Shown piece by piece: positions 1 through 11,833 of a stretch of DNA of 64,000 bases. Source of the DNA: Comamonadaceae bacterium (GTDB taxonomy: Bacteria > Pseudomonadota > Gammaproteobacteria > Burkholderiales > Burkholderiaceae_C); contig CANJNC010000011.1 of the NCBI GenBank assembly GCA_947475685.1, positions 12,361 to 76,360 of the forward strand. Reading direction: 5' to 3'. The notes under the pieces are model-generated. The model was given only the letters and a program-made list of their open reading frames with translations. It was not told where the DNA came from and ran no database searches. A program made the translations under genes and the position numbers. Positions within the stretch are counted from its first letter, which is position 1, and every line of letters starts with the position of its first letter.

Positions 1-1703
1 AGCAGGTCCACTGCACGGCCGTATTCAGGCTTGGCCGTGCCTTCCATGATGCCCTTGATCTCTCGAAATTGGCGGCGAACCTCTTCAACCACAGCGCTTG
101 CAGAGCGACCGACCGCTTCCATGGCCATCGCACCAAAGAGATAAGGAATCATGCCACCAATGAAGAGGCCCACGATCACCAACGGATCTGATAAATCAAA
201 GGTGATGTCTTGACCTGCGTTTTCAAGCTTGTGGGTGTAGTCTGCAAAGAGCACCAATGCTGCAAGACCCGCAGAACCAATGGCATAGCCTTTGGTCACG
301 GCCTTGGTGGTGTTGCCCACAGCGTCCAATGGATCGGTGACATCGCGAACGCTAGAGGGCAATTCAGCCATCTCAGCAATGCCGCCCGCGTTGTCGGTGA
401 TCGGGCCATAAGCGTCAAGTGCCACGATGATGCCAGCCATGCTGAGCATGGCGGTGGCGGCAATGGCCACGCCATAAAGCCCTGCCAATGCGTGAGCGGC
501 CAAGATGGCCAAACAAACAGACAAGACAGGGTAAGCGGTTGATTTCATCGACACACCAATGCCGGCAATGATGTTGGTGGCATGTCCAGTGGTGGACGCT
601 TGTGCGACATGCTTGACGGGGGCATAGTCGGTTCCAGTGTAATACTCGGTGATCCAAACCAAGGCGGCTGTCAGCAACAGACCGACCACGCATGAACCAA
701 ACAAGGCCATGCGAGAGCCGCTGGCTTTGATGGCATCGTCAGGCATCATGTTCCAGGTCACAAAAGCGAAAGCGATCAAGCTTAAAACCCCCGCCACAAT
801 CAAGCCCTTGTACAAAGCAGGCATGACGTTTTTCATGCCTGGCGAGGCTTTGACGAAAAAGCACCCAATGATCGAGGCGATGATGGACACGCCACCCAAG
901 ACCAAGGGGTAAAGAACCGCTTGCGTGGGTGCAGCGGTCACGACCAATGCACCTAAGAGCATGGTTGCAATCAAGGTGACGGCGTAGGTTTCAAAGAGAT
1001 CGGCTGCCATGCCTGCGCAGTCGCCCACATTGTCGCCCACATTGTCAGCGATCACCGCAGGATTGCGAGGATCGTCCTCAGGAATGCCGGCCTCGACTTT
1101 GCCCACCAAGTCAGCACCCACGTCTGCACCTTTGGTGAAAATGCCGCCTCCCAGTCTAGCGAAGATGGAGATGAGAGATGAGCCAAAGGCCAATCCAATC
1201 ATGGGATCTAAAAGATCAGAGAGATGCTTGTCAGCAGACAACGTGCCAGTACCCACTAAAAACCAATAAAAGCCGCCCACGCCCAGCAAGCCCAATCCAA
1301 CGACCAGCATGCCGGTGATGGCGCCTCCTTTGAATGCAACATCCAAGGCGGGGCCAATGCCACCGGTTGCGGCTTGCGCAGTTCTCACGTTGGCTTTGAC
1401 CGAGACGTTCATGCCAATAAAGCCGCAGGCACCGGAAAGCACTGCACCAACGACAAAGCCCAAGGCCGTCGTGGTGCTTAAAAAGAGACCAATCAAGATC
1501 GTCAAGATCACGCCCACCATGGCGATGGTTCTGTACTGGCGAGCAAGATAAGCGGCCGCACCTTGTTCGATGGCGGCTGCAATTTCTTGCATCCGAGCAT
1601 TGCCTGGGTCCATGGCCAGAATTGATGAGCGGGCCCAAAAGCCGTAAATAACGGCAATGATCCCACAAGCTAGCGCGAAAAGTAGCGCTGAGTTGGCTGA
1701 CAT
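1..1703 (-). CDS. hppA: Membrane-bound H+-translocating pyrophosphatase, K+-independent type (3' end runs off the window)
   Basis: Manual translation from ATG at 1703 ([16 protein letters not shown]...) gives the hallmark motifs [44 protein letters not shown] and [10 protein letters not shown]; multi-TM hydrophobic pattern. Absent from the ORF track because no stop falls inside the window. Confidence 0.97.
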   Translation of the reverse strand, partial: MSANSALLFALACGIIAVIYGFWARSSILAMDPGNARMQEIAAAIEQGAAAYLARQYRTIAMVGVILTILIGLFLSTTTALGFVVGAVLSGACGFIGMNVSVKANVRTAQAATGGIGPALDVAFKGGAITGMLVVGLGLLGVGGFYWFLVGTGTLSADKHLSDLLDPMIGLAFGSSLISIFARLGGGIFTKGADVGADLVGKVEAGIPEDDPRNPAVIADNVGDNVGDCAGMAADLFETYAVTLIATMLLGALVVTAAPTQAVLYPLVLGGVSIIASIIGCFFVKASPGMKNVMPALYKGLIVAGVLSLIAFAFVTWNMMPDDAIKASGSRMALFGSCVVGLLLTAALVWITEYYTGTDYAPVKHVAQASTTGHATNIIAGIGVSMKSTAYPVLSVCLAILAAHALAGLYGVAIAATAMLSMAGIIVALDAYGPITDNAGGIAEMAELPSSVRDVTDPLDAVGNTTKAVTKGYAIGSAGLAALVLFADYTHKLENAGQDITFDLSDPLVIVGLFIGGMIPYLFGAMAMEAVGRSASAVVEEVRRQFREIKGIMEGTAKPEYGRAVDL

Positions 1704-1955
1704 AATTTCTCCTCTGTGTGTGTCGAATTTTTTTTCTTGAATCGCTTGCCCATTGCAAGCTTTCGAATAAAAAAGCTGATTGTATCAAGCAGTCATTGGA
1801 TCTTCCGAGTCTAAAAAGATTTGTAAACCAAACAAAAGCAAGATTCATTTGTAAATGTAAGTGATATATGAAGCGCCTCGAAGAAGATTTGCCCTAAGAA
1901 GGGCTTAAAATAGGGGTTAATCCTGAGTTTAATTTCATTTGAGAAACGAACAACC

Positions 1956-2489
1956 ATGTCTTTAGATAACGTCACTCCTGGTAAAGAGGCGCCCAACTTT
2001 TTCAACGTCATCATTGAAATTCCCATGAATGCCGATCCTGTGAAATACGAAGTGGACAAGGAGTCTGGTGCCATTTTTGTGGATCGCTTCATGAGCACGT
2101 CCATGCACTATCCAACCAATTACGGTTATGTACCTCAGACCATCAGTGGAGATGGGGATCCAGTGGACGTGTTGGTGATCACCCCTGTTCCTTTGATCCC
2201 TGGTGTGGTGGTGACTTGCCGGCCCATCGGTATTTTAAAGATGGAAGACGAGGCTGGTCTCGATGGAAAAGTGTTGGCTGTGCCCACCGATAAAATCTTA
2301 TCCATTTACACGCAGTGGCAAAAGCCTGAGGATTTGAATCCCTTGCGTCTTAAAACCATTGCCCACTTTTTTGAGCATTACAAAGATTTGGAAGTTGGTA
2401 AATGGGTCAAAATCATTGGTTGGGACGGTCCAGATGCGGCAAGAGCTGAGGTGCTTGAAGGTATGAACAATTATAAAAAATCCAAGTAA
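1956..2489 (+). CDS. ppa: Soluble inorganic pyrophosphatase, family I
   Basis: [27 protein letters not shown] and DGDPVDVLV motifs; 177 aa. Confidence 0.97.
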   Translation: MSLDNVTPGKEAPNFFNVIIEIPMNADPVKYEVDKESGAIFVDRFMSTSMHYPTNYGYVPQTISGDGDPVDVLVITPVPLIPGVVVTCRPIGILKMEDEAGLDGKVLAVPTDKILSIYTQWQKPEDLNPLRLKTIAHFFEHYKDLEVGKWVKIIGWDGPDAARAEVLEGMNNYKKSK

Positions 2490-3035
2490 TTAAAAGCACC
2501 CTTTAGAGGTACACGCCGTTTGTTCAATCCAATGTGTCATGCCCTAGTGTATAGGTTCATAAAACTTCTGCAAAATACGTTCAGCCTACTTGGTAAAGAT
2601 CTGAATTGCATGCCCATGAAATCATCATCATATTAATTGTCAAAGTGGGTTGGAGATTTGACCCCTTTAAAACGGTTGCGTTAAGATCCATCTAAGCCGC
2701 AATTGACGCATTTTTTTAAGGGAAAAAGCAATATAGGGCTATAAAAAAAAGATTGCTGTGTTCATTAAAGGCAATTCGCCTTTTAACTAAGCCTTCAATA
2801 ATTTCACGATATTGAATCGTGGTTGTTGAGATGTCTATTTTTGGGCTAAAACTAAAATCCTGGCTCATATTTACGCACTGGCATATCTCAGACTAATTTA
2901 TTTCAAAAATATAATTCTAATGAGGCACAAAGCAGTTTTTTTTATAGAATTAAACTTGAATCATGCTAAAGTGAATCCTCACAAACAAACCTCAGCTTAG
3001 CAGTCTATTGATTGAAGCTGTTTGAAAGGTAAAAA

Positions 3036-3287
3036 ATGCGAGCAGTCAAGAAGTTAAAAAACATCATCAAAGACGACCCATCGACCATGCAATCCAAAAT
3101 TTATACAAAATTGATTTTGATGCTGGAGTCTGATGAAGGCAATCCAATTCAAGACTTGTACAAGCTTGATCAGCAGGAGTTTGACCTTGCTATTTCCCTT
3201 TTGAAAGAGTGGCGAATTGATCGGTTTTATGTTGGTAAATCCAAGGTTTTTGATGTGGCATTTCAAGCCAATCAAATCAATGCTTGA
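3036..3287 (+). CDS. Small conserved-looking hypothetical protein (83 aa)
   Basis: SD-like GAAAGGT 5 nt upstream of ATG; helical, protein-like composition (LYKLDQQEFDLAISLLKEWRIDRFY). No function assignable. Confidence 0.7.
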   Translation: MRAVKKLKNIIKDDPSTMQSKIYTKLILMLESDEGNPIQDLYKLDQQEFDLAISLLKEWRIDRFYVGKSKVFDVAFQANQINA

Positions 3288-3329
3288 GTTGATTTGATTG
3301 AGTTTCAATTGAAATAAAAAAGAATCGGA

Positions 3330-3358
3330 TTGTCATTGTTTAGTCATTGAATTGTCAT
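3330..3358 (+). promoter_or_regulatory. Three-unit PhoB-box-like direct repeat
   Basis: TTGTCAT-tgtt-TAGTCAT-tgaa-TTGTCAT with exact 11-bp period; CATAAT (-10-like) at 3356-3361. Confidence 0.65.
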
Positions 3359-3751
3359 AATGGAGTGTTCACGTTCTCTTTATATTGAAAAAAATGCATT
3401 GGATTGAGCCATCAATTTTTTATACTTTTGATCACCTAGTCCATTGCTGGCAACACTGACAATGCGTTGAGCATTCTTGTGATTGCTCAACTACAGGAGC
3501 CATCGTCTCAAAATTGCTGAATATCTATATTAAAAGTTGATTCAGCGGTTTCATTTGTTTTGTTTATACCTATCCTAGGGCACATCTCTGATATCAGTCC
3601 TAAACGCAGAAAGATGTTGGGCGCTAAGGTGCTAAAAACAGTTGCTTGTTTGCTTCTTTTGCTCAATGCACATCCCACTATTATTGCCAAGACAGCATTG
3701 ATAGGTAAGAGCAATCAACAAGGCGTGGTAAATTGAAAACTTATTTCACAA

Positions 3752-4471
3752 TTAGTCAGCAAAATCAGAGTACACCTTGGGTGTATATGTGTTAATGTTT
3801 TTCCATTCCTTTGGAGTGTCCTTGAGTGCTTGCGGGTTCAAGGTGATTTTAAGGCTGCGAGTTCCAATTAGATTTCCTCTTTCAATCGCCAACGGGATGG
3901 CATTTTTGAAGTCAATCAAAATTCGCAAATAATTTTCTTTATCGTCACCTTCATACCATTTTGCTTCGGCGTTGGAACTGTTTCTGGCACTTGGTTTTAG
4001 AGCTGCATACTCTTGGGGCGTCATCATGTAATAGGCTCTCTCCCAAGACCCATCAAAGCCAATGGATGGGTATTCAGATTTTGGAATACCGACTCTCACT
4101 TTTTCGTCGTGTTGTAGAAAACTCAATCTAAGTTGTCCCTTTTCAAGTTCAACCAATCTTGCTCCCTCCAAGGGGTCAAAGTGTTCATGATCAGAGCCAG
4201 ATTTATTTTTCTTCTTTGCAGGAACAATAGACGGAATCACTCTCTCAACCCAAGCAGCAGGCCCTTTTCTAATAAAGTGCTCTTCTAAAAAAGTTGTTCG
4301 AATCACTCCATCGTTGCCAATGACTTTCGTTTCGGTTTTCATTTTGACATCAAGATCAACCAATTTCGTAAAGCTAAATTTCCCATCTCCCTTGGATTGC
4401 GCCATGGAAATAGTAAAAATTGATAAAAATGAGAAGATAATAATTACAGTATTTTTGAAATAGACATTCAT
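3752..4471 (-). CDS. Exported hypothetical protein (239 aa) downstream of the phoA pair
   Basis: N-terminal signal peptide (…IFTISMAQ), His/acidic patch SDHEHFD; same strand as and downstream of two phoA genes. Confidence 0.85.
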   Translation of the reverse strand: MNVYFKNTVIIIFSFLSIFTISMAQSKGDGKFSFTKLVDLDVKMKTETKVIGNDGVIRTTFLEEHFIRKGPAAWVERVIPSIVPAKKKNKSGSDHEHFDPLEGARLVELEKGQLRLSFLQHDEKVRVGIPKSEYPSIGFDGSWERAYYMMTPQEYAALKPSARNSSNAEAKWYEGDDKENYLRILIDFKNAIPLAIERGNLIGTRSLKITLNPQALKDTPKEWKNINTYTPKVYSDFAD

Positions 4472-4493
4472 GATTGAAACCGATTTAAATACG

Positions 4494-4529
4494 AAAAAAA
4501 GGTACCCCTCGTATGAGGGATACCTTTTT
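4494..4529 (-). terminator. Rho-independent terminator after phoA1
   Basis: On the minus strand AAAAAGGTATCCCTC-ATAC-GAGGGGTACC followed by T7; A/T tracts on both sides. Confidence 0.75.
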
Positions 4530-4547
4530 GTGGATAAGAAGAATATT

Positions 4548-5999
4548 TTATAAACCGAAAGCAGTTTTTAAAATGCTGTACACATTGATATTGGGCATCG
4601 TTCCTTTGAAGTTTTGTGCCCCAGCACCAGTCGCAAAAAGCATCACATCTCCTGAGCCGTGAGTCTCTCCGCCAGCGCTTGATCTGACAACGCCTTCTTG
4701 GAAGTAACCACCGCCATCGCTGAACACGTTGGCTGACTTGTAAGTACCAATGCTCTTGGTTTGAGCTGAGGTGAGGTTCGATCGAACTTTAGGTCTATTT
4801 GGACTTTGTCCAAACACCAGTGTCGTGTAAGAGTTGCCATCTGAGTCAAGAACAGGCTTGTCGTCGGTTCCTGTCACCACATCAAGCATATTATTGCCAC
4901 GTTTGGAGTAACCATTGAAGGCCATGGTGTGGTCATGGTCTGCGGTAACCACGATCAAAGTGTTGCTCAAGTCAACTTTGCTCAAAGCCATTTTGACTGC
5001 ATTGTCAAAGGCCAGAGTGTCCGTCAAAGCGCGAGCTGCGTTTGTGCCGTGAAGAGCGTGATCAATTCTTCCACCTTCAACCATCAAAAAATAGCCATTG
5101 GTGTTTTTTGACAATACGTCAATCGCCTTGGATGTCATTTCGGCAATGCTAGGTTCAATGGCTGGATTTCTGTCCAATTCGTAACTCATGTGAACATCGT
5201 CGGTGGCTTGATCAAATAGGCCCAATAGCTTTGAGCCGGTTGTTGCAGGTGCAGCTAAAAGCTCCGTCTTGTTCGTGACATAGGTATATCCATTGGACTT
5301 CATCAATCCCACCATGTCACTTCCATCTGGGCGGCCGGCTTGTTGCTCATTCGTTCCATTTGGATTGACAGGCACAAAGTAGCGACTGTTTCCACCCAAA
5401 ATAACATCGACTCCTTTACCCAAAGCCGTATTGAAGCTTTTACTTCCAGGAGTCAATTGAGCAGCTATTTCGTACTCTGCGTTGCGATTACAAACGTGTG
5501 CGTAATTAACCGCTGGTGTGGCATGGGTAATTCTGGCTGTACTCACAACTCCAGTTGATTTCCCTTTAGCAATTGCTTGCTCAAGAAGCGTGGGAACAGA
5601 CTTTCCGTTGCTGCCATCCGTTTTGCAGTTGTTGATCCAAGAGCCACTCTTTGGAAATGCGGGGTCCGTTGAGGGAGAGGTTGGATTGGTCTCTGGCGTC
5701 ATAGAAATGACATTGTTTTTCATTCGAACACCTGTGATGTATCCGGCCATACCGGGTGCAGAGTCGGTTGTTTGAGCATCGGCTGCATAGGTTCTAATTT
5801 TGGCTGCATAGGGGAGCGTGTCCATGGTCAATTTACCAGCTTCGCCATAGCCATAAATTCGAGCCGCTGTGACCACCACTGGCCCCATCCCATCTCCCAG
5901 AAAGAAGATCACATTTTTGGCCTCACCTGCAGCCTGAGCATTGAAATACATGGCGTTGATGGTGAGTGCCAAAAGGCTAGCAATTATTTTCTTGTTCAT
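4548..5999 (-). CDS. phoA: Alkaline phosphatase, PhoA family (soluble, Sec signal)
   Basis: GDGMG, TDSA (catalytic Ser), THATPA, EGGRIDHALH, TADHDH, ETHG; signal peptide ending AQA. Confidence 0.95.
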   Translation of the reverse strand: MNKKIIASLLALTINAMYFNAQAAGEAKNVIFFLGDGMGPVVVTAARIYGYGEAGKLTMDTLPYAAKIRTYAADAQTTDSAPGMAGYITGVRMKNNVISMTPETNPTSPSTDPAFPKSGSWINNCKTDGSNGKSVPTLLEQAIAKGKSTGVVSTARITHATPAVNYAHVCNRNAEYEIAAQLTPGSKSFNTALGKGVDVILGGNSRYFVPVNPNGTNEQQAGRPDGSDMVGLMKSNGYTYVTNKTELLAAPATTGSKLLGLFDQATDDVHMSYELDRNPAIEPSIAEMTSKAIDVLSKNTNGYFLMVEGGRIDHALHGTNAARALTDTLAFDNAVKMALSKVDLSNTLIVVTADHDHTMAFNGYSKRGNNMLDVVTGTDDKPVLDSDGNSYTTLVFGQSPNRPKVRSNLTSAQTKSIGTYKSANVFSDGGGYFQEGVVRSSAGGETHGSGDVMLFATGAGAQNFKGTMPNINVYSILKTAFGL

Positions 6000-6019
6000 G
6001 ATTTTCTCCGCGTATCAAT

Positions 6020-7492
6020 TTATAAACCGAGTGCTTTAACGATCAATGGAAAAACTTCGATGTTTTCTAATGATCCCTTGAATAAATTGGAATTCATGCC
6101 AATGGCACCCAACCAAACATCTCCACCCCCATGCGTTTCACTCTCTCCTGAGAGTCGAATCGCGGATTCTTGTTGGTAGTTGTCTGCGCCAGTGATGGCG
6201 TCTGTCAATGGCGACATGGCCGCTCTGTCAGAAACTCGGTTAGGTCCATTACCAAAAGCCAATACACTGAAAGTCGCACCATCTGCATCTTTTGCAGGCG
6301 TTGTGGGTGTCAGCCATTGTTTCAAAACGCCTAGGATGCCAGGACTTTCTTTGGTCGTTTTTCCAGTCAATGCAGAGTATCCTTGCATGACCATCGTGTG
6401 ATCGTGATCGGCTGTCACCACAATCAATGTATTCGTCAGGTTGGGATCCGTTTGACGAACTTTGGCGATTGCAGCAGCAATGGCGTTGTCAAAAGCAATC
6501 GTATCTTGCAAGGCGCGTTTGGCATTGGTGGCGTGGAGGGCATGGTCGATTCTTCCGCCTTCAACGACCAAGGTATAGCCTTTGTTCTTTTTTGCCGACA
6601 AGATGTCCATGGCCTTGGTCGTCATCTCTGCCAAACTAGGCTCAACGGCTGGATTTCTGTCCAAGTCATAAGACATGTGGCCACCAGAGAAAGATGCATC
6701 CAATACGCCTTGATCAAACAAGGCAAAAAGTTTTGTCGAGGGATTGATAGCGACTGAGTTTAGACTTGGCAAGTCGTTTGCAAACGCATAGCCTTGGGTT
6801 TTCATCTCGGTGATCAAGTTTCTGCCGTCAGGGCGACCGGCCTTTTCAAGCGCAGAGCCAGTGCCATTGAAGGGGATGAAATATTTGCTGTTGCCACCCA
6901 TCAAGACATCTACGCCGTTACCAAGAGCAGCGTTGAAGCCCGCGCCACCTGGAACGGCTTGTCTGGCGATGTCATACTCAGCATTTCTGTTGCAAATGTG
7001 AGAGAAGGTTGCCGCTGGCGTGGCGTGGGTCAGTCTGGCCGTGGTGACGATACCCGTTCCCATGTTATTGGCTTTTGCCAATTCCAAGAGGGTTTGGACT
7101 GGCTTGCCGTTGGTAGACGCGCAATTGTTCACTGAATTTGAAACACCTGTTGTTGCGTCTTTGCCAGGGCTCACAGAGGTGGTGTCAGAAGACATGGAAA
7201 CCACGTCTGAGTTCATCTTCACACCCGTCATGTAAGCGGACATGGATGCAGCGCTCTCGGTGACTTGAAAATTTTGAGAAAATGTTTTGACGAATGCGGT
7301 GTCGGGTAAGGTGTCCATGGTCAATTGACCATCCTCTCCATAACCGTAAATTCGTGCTGCAGTTTGAACAGTGACGCCCATGCCATCCCCTAAGAAGAAG
7401 ATGACGTTTTTTGGAGGGCTGTCACTTGATGAGCAAGCGCTTAACAAACCAATTGAAACCAAAGATAATAAAACTGATAAATATTTTTTCAT
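6020..7492 (-). CDS. phoA: Alkaline phosphatase, PhoA family (lipoprotein)
   Basis: Lipobox LLSA-C; GDGMG, TESA, THATPA, EGGRIDHALH, TADHDH, ETHG. Confidence 0.95.
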   Translation of the reverse strand: MKKYLSVLLSLVSIGLLSACSSSDSPPKNVIFFLGDGMGVTVQTAARIYGYGEDGQLTMDTLPDTAFVKTFSQNFQVTESAASMSAYMTGVKMNSDVVSMSSDTTSVSPGKDATTGVSNSVNNCASTNGKPVQTLLELAKANNMGTGIVTTARLTHATPAATFSHICNRNAEYDIARQAVPGGAGFNAALGNGVDVLMGGNSKYFIPFNGTGSALEKAGRPDGRNLITEMKTQGYAFANDLPSLNSVAINPSTKLFALFDQGVLDASFSGGHMSYDLDRNPAVEPSLAEMTTKAMDILSAKKNKGYTLVVEGGRIDHALHATNAKRALQDTIAFDNAIAAAIAKVRQTDPNLTNTLIVVTADHDHTMVMQGYSALTGKTTKESPGILGVLKQWLTPTTPAKDADGATFSVLAFGNGPNRVSDRAAMSPLTDAITGADNYQQESAIRLSGESETHGGGDVWLGAIGMNSNLFKGSLENIEVFPLIVKALGL

Positions 7493-7535
7493 GTTCGCCC
7501 TTTAAAATAAACCATCCCAACAATAATTGAAAATG

Positions 7536-7553
7536 ATGTAAGTTCTGTGACAT
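7536..7553 (-). promoter_or_regulatory. PhoB-box-like site for the phoA-phoA unit
   Basis: Minus strand ATGTCAC-agaa-CTTACAT, then a 10-bp spacer and TATTGT (-10-like, 7525-7520). Confidence 0.65.
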
Positions 7554-7585
7554 CGATATGTTTAATAAAAACCAAGGGTCGTTGG

Positions 7586-7603
7586 TTGTCATGAAAATGT
7601 CAT
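7586..7603 (+). promoter_or_regulatory. PhoB-box-like site for ppk2
   Basis: TTGTCAT-gaaa-ATGTCAT, then a 10-bp spacer and TATGCT (7614-7619). Confidence 0.8.
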
Positions 7604-7649
7604 CTGCTCCATTTATGCTAAAAAATTATTTATTATTTAATGACTGACC

Positions 7650-8561
7650 ATGTCCAAGCAGCAAAACCTAGACGCCACACAGATACTGCGCTTAAGAGAC
7701 GATATTATGGATAGCTTGGATGAAGAGCTAGAAAATGAATTTGAGGATGTGGGTTTTGGAAATCCCGAAAACTATTCTTCCAAAGCCATTGAATTTAGGC
7801 GCTTTTATTTTCGTGAATTGATCAAGCTACAAGGCGAATTGGTCAAGCTGCAAGACTGGGTGGTTGCGAACAAGCACAGAATGGTTATTATTTTTGAAGG
7901 CAGAGATGCTGCGGGCAAGGGTGGCGTCATCAAGCGAATTACGCAGCGCTTAAATCCTCGCATATGCAGAGTAGCGGCCCTACCTGCTCCCAATGACCGG
8001 GAAAGAACTCAATGGTACTTTCAGCGCTATGTTTCCCATTTGCCGGCTGCAGGCGAAATCGTCTTATTTGATAGAAGCTGGTACAACCGTGCAGGCGTGG
8101 AAAGAGTCATGGGTTTTTGCTCAGACGAAGAATACGAGGAGTTTTTTAAATCCGCGCCTGAGTTTGAAAAAATGCTAACAAGAAGCGGTATTCAAATCAT
8201 CAAGTATTGGTTCTCTATTACAGATGATGAGCAGTATGCAAGGTTTTTAGGTCGCATCCATGATCCTTTGAAACAGTGGAAACTCAGTCCCATGGATTTA
8301 GAGAGTCGTCGTCGCTGGGAAGATTACACACGAGCGAAAGAGACGATGATTGAAAGAACGCACATCTTGGAAGCACCTTGGTGGGTTGTTCAAGCGGTGG
8401 ACAAGAAAAAAGCCCGACTCAATTGCATCAGTCACTTGTTGTCTCAAGTCAAGTACACGGAAGTCAATCCACCGGAAATTGTCATGCCCGATCGTGTTAG
8501 AAATCCGAACTACATTCGCCACGCCATGCCCCAAGGGATGATCGTGCCAGAGAACTATTGA
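7650..8561 (+). CDS. ppk2: Polyphosphate kinase 2 (single domain)
   Basis: Walker A EGRDAAGKGG, FDRSWYNRAGVERVMGF, WKLSPMD. Confidence 0.96.
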   Translation: MSKQQNLDATQILRLRDDIMDSLDEELENEFEDVGFGNPENYSSKAIEFRRFYFRELIKLQGELVKLQDWVVANKHRMVIIFEGRDAAGKGGVIKRITQRLNPRICRVAALPAPNDRERTQWYFQRYVSHLPAAGEIVLFDRSWYNRAGVERVMGFCSDEEYEEFFKSAPEFEKMLTRSGIQIIKYWFSITDDEQYARFLGRIHDPLKQWKLSPMDLESRRRWEDYTRAKETMIERTHILEAPWWVVQAVDKKKARLNCISHLLSQVKYTEVNPPEIVMPDRVRNPNYIRHAMPQGMIVPENY

Positions 8562-8562
8562 G

Positions 8563-9753
8563 CTATTTGCTTTTGGGGGCAAATTTATAGGGACTTCGTT
8601 GCTCAAGGTGCTCTACATACTGATTAACATGTTGTCCCTCTTGAATTAAAAACTCATCAACTGCTTTTGCAAATGAAGGGTGGGCCAGCCAATGGGCACT
8701 TTGAGTCATGACCGGTAAAAGAGCTCGAGCCATCTTATGCTCTCCTTGAGCACCACCTTCAAAGCGCTCAACACCTTTTTCAATGCACCAAACAATGGGC
8801 TGGTAGTAACAGGCTTCAAAGTGTAGACAGTCAACTCGCTCTAAGGCGCCCCAATAGCGACCATAAGCGACCACGGCCTTTTGGTCTTCACCCCTTTGAA
8901 TGGCCACCAAACTGCAAGCGATGGGATTGCCTTGCCGATAGGCAATGAACATCACCCAATTTTCCGTCATTTCCGTTTTCATAAGATTGAAAAATGAAGG
9001 GGTTAAATACGGCGCGTTTCCGTGTTCTAAATAAGTTTGTTGGTAGCAGCGGTAAAAGAAATCCCACTCTTCATCCTTGATTTCAGTGCCCTCAAAGGTC
9101 TTGAAGGACACCTCGGCTTGGGATACTTTTTTTCGCTCTTGTTTGATCTTTTTTCTCTTCTCTTGATTCATTGAGAGTAAGAAAGCGTCGAAATGTTCAA
9201 AAGGTTGACCCTCAGAATCTGTATTTTGCCAATGAAACTGAACAGTGTGGCGCTCAAGCATGTGGCACTCTTGAGCAGCGTGTATATCTTGTGGGCTTGC
9301 ATACAGCATGTGAAGTGAGGATACGCCCCAAGATAAGCATTGATCCAAGACGGCTTTGAGAAGCGGTGTTTTAAGAGCCTGGGATTTTGCAAGCAAACGC
9401 GTGCCTGGTACGGGGCTAAAAGGGGGGGCGATGAGGGCTTTGGGATAGTAATGCAGTCCATGGCGCTCGTAGGCTTGCGCCCAAGCCCAGTCAAAGACAT
9501 ATTCTCCATAAGAATGTGTCTTCAAATAAAGGGGGCAGGCTGCAAAAAGCTCTCCCTCAGAGCTTAGGGTGATGAATTTGCAGGTCCAGCCTGTGTTGCT
9601 GGTTGCACTCGCGCTTTCGTGCATGGCATTCAAGTATTCATAGCGCAAAAAGGGCGTTGGGACAGAATCAGACAATAAAAGTCCATTCCATTGGGTTTTT
9701 TCGATGCTCTGCATCGAATCATGCACCTCAATGACATAATTGGATTGATTCAT
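8563..9753 (-). CDS. FemAB-like GNAT family protein (DUF482 type)
   Basis: YLKTHSYGEYVFDWAWA, YGRYWG, HFEACYYQ, FEGGAQGEHK motifs; divergent from nadE as commonly seen in proteobacteria. Confidence 0.9.
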   Translation of the reverse strand: MNQSNYVIEVHDSMQSIEKTQWNGLLLSDSVPTPFLRYEYLNAMHESASATSNTGWTCKFITLSSEGELFAACPLYLKTHSYGEYVFDWAWAQAYERHGLHYYPKALIAPPFSPVPGTRLLAKSQALKTPLLKAVLDQCLSWGVSSLHMLYASPQDIHAAQECHMLERHTVQFHWQNTDSEGQPFEHFDAFLLSMNQEKRKKIKQERKKVSQAEVSFKTFEGTEIKDEEWDFFYRCYQQTYLEHGNAPYLTPSFFNLMKTEMTENWVMFIAYRQGNPIACSLVAIQRGEDQKAVVAYGRYWGALERVDCLHFEACYYQPIVWCIEKGVERFEGGAQGEHKMARALLPVMTQSAHWLAHPSFAKAVDEFLIQEGQHVNQYVEHLEQRSPYKFAPKSK

Positions 9754-9767
9754 AACCGTATTTTTAT

Positions 9768-11799
<2,032 letters not shown>

Positions 11800-11833
11800 T
11801 TGGCTTTGCCAAAAGCCCATAGATTGGGGCTCG

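Noticed and set aside
1933-1946. 14-mer TTTCATTTGAGAAA shared with 32258-32271
   Set aside because: AT-rich and at very different distances from the downstream starts (10 vs 80 bp); cannot be separated from chance without a genome-wide count.
3508-3714. 68-aa minus-strand ORF
   Set aside because: No SD, no motifs, AT-rich intergenic context; the plus-strand frame here also lacks a start.
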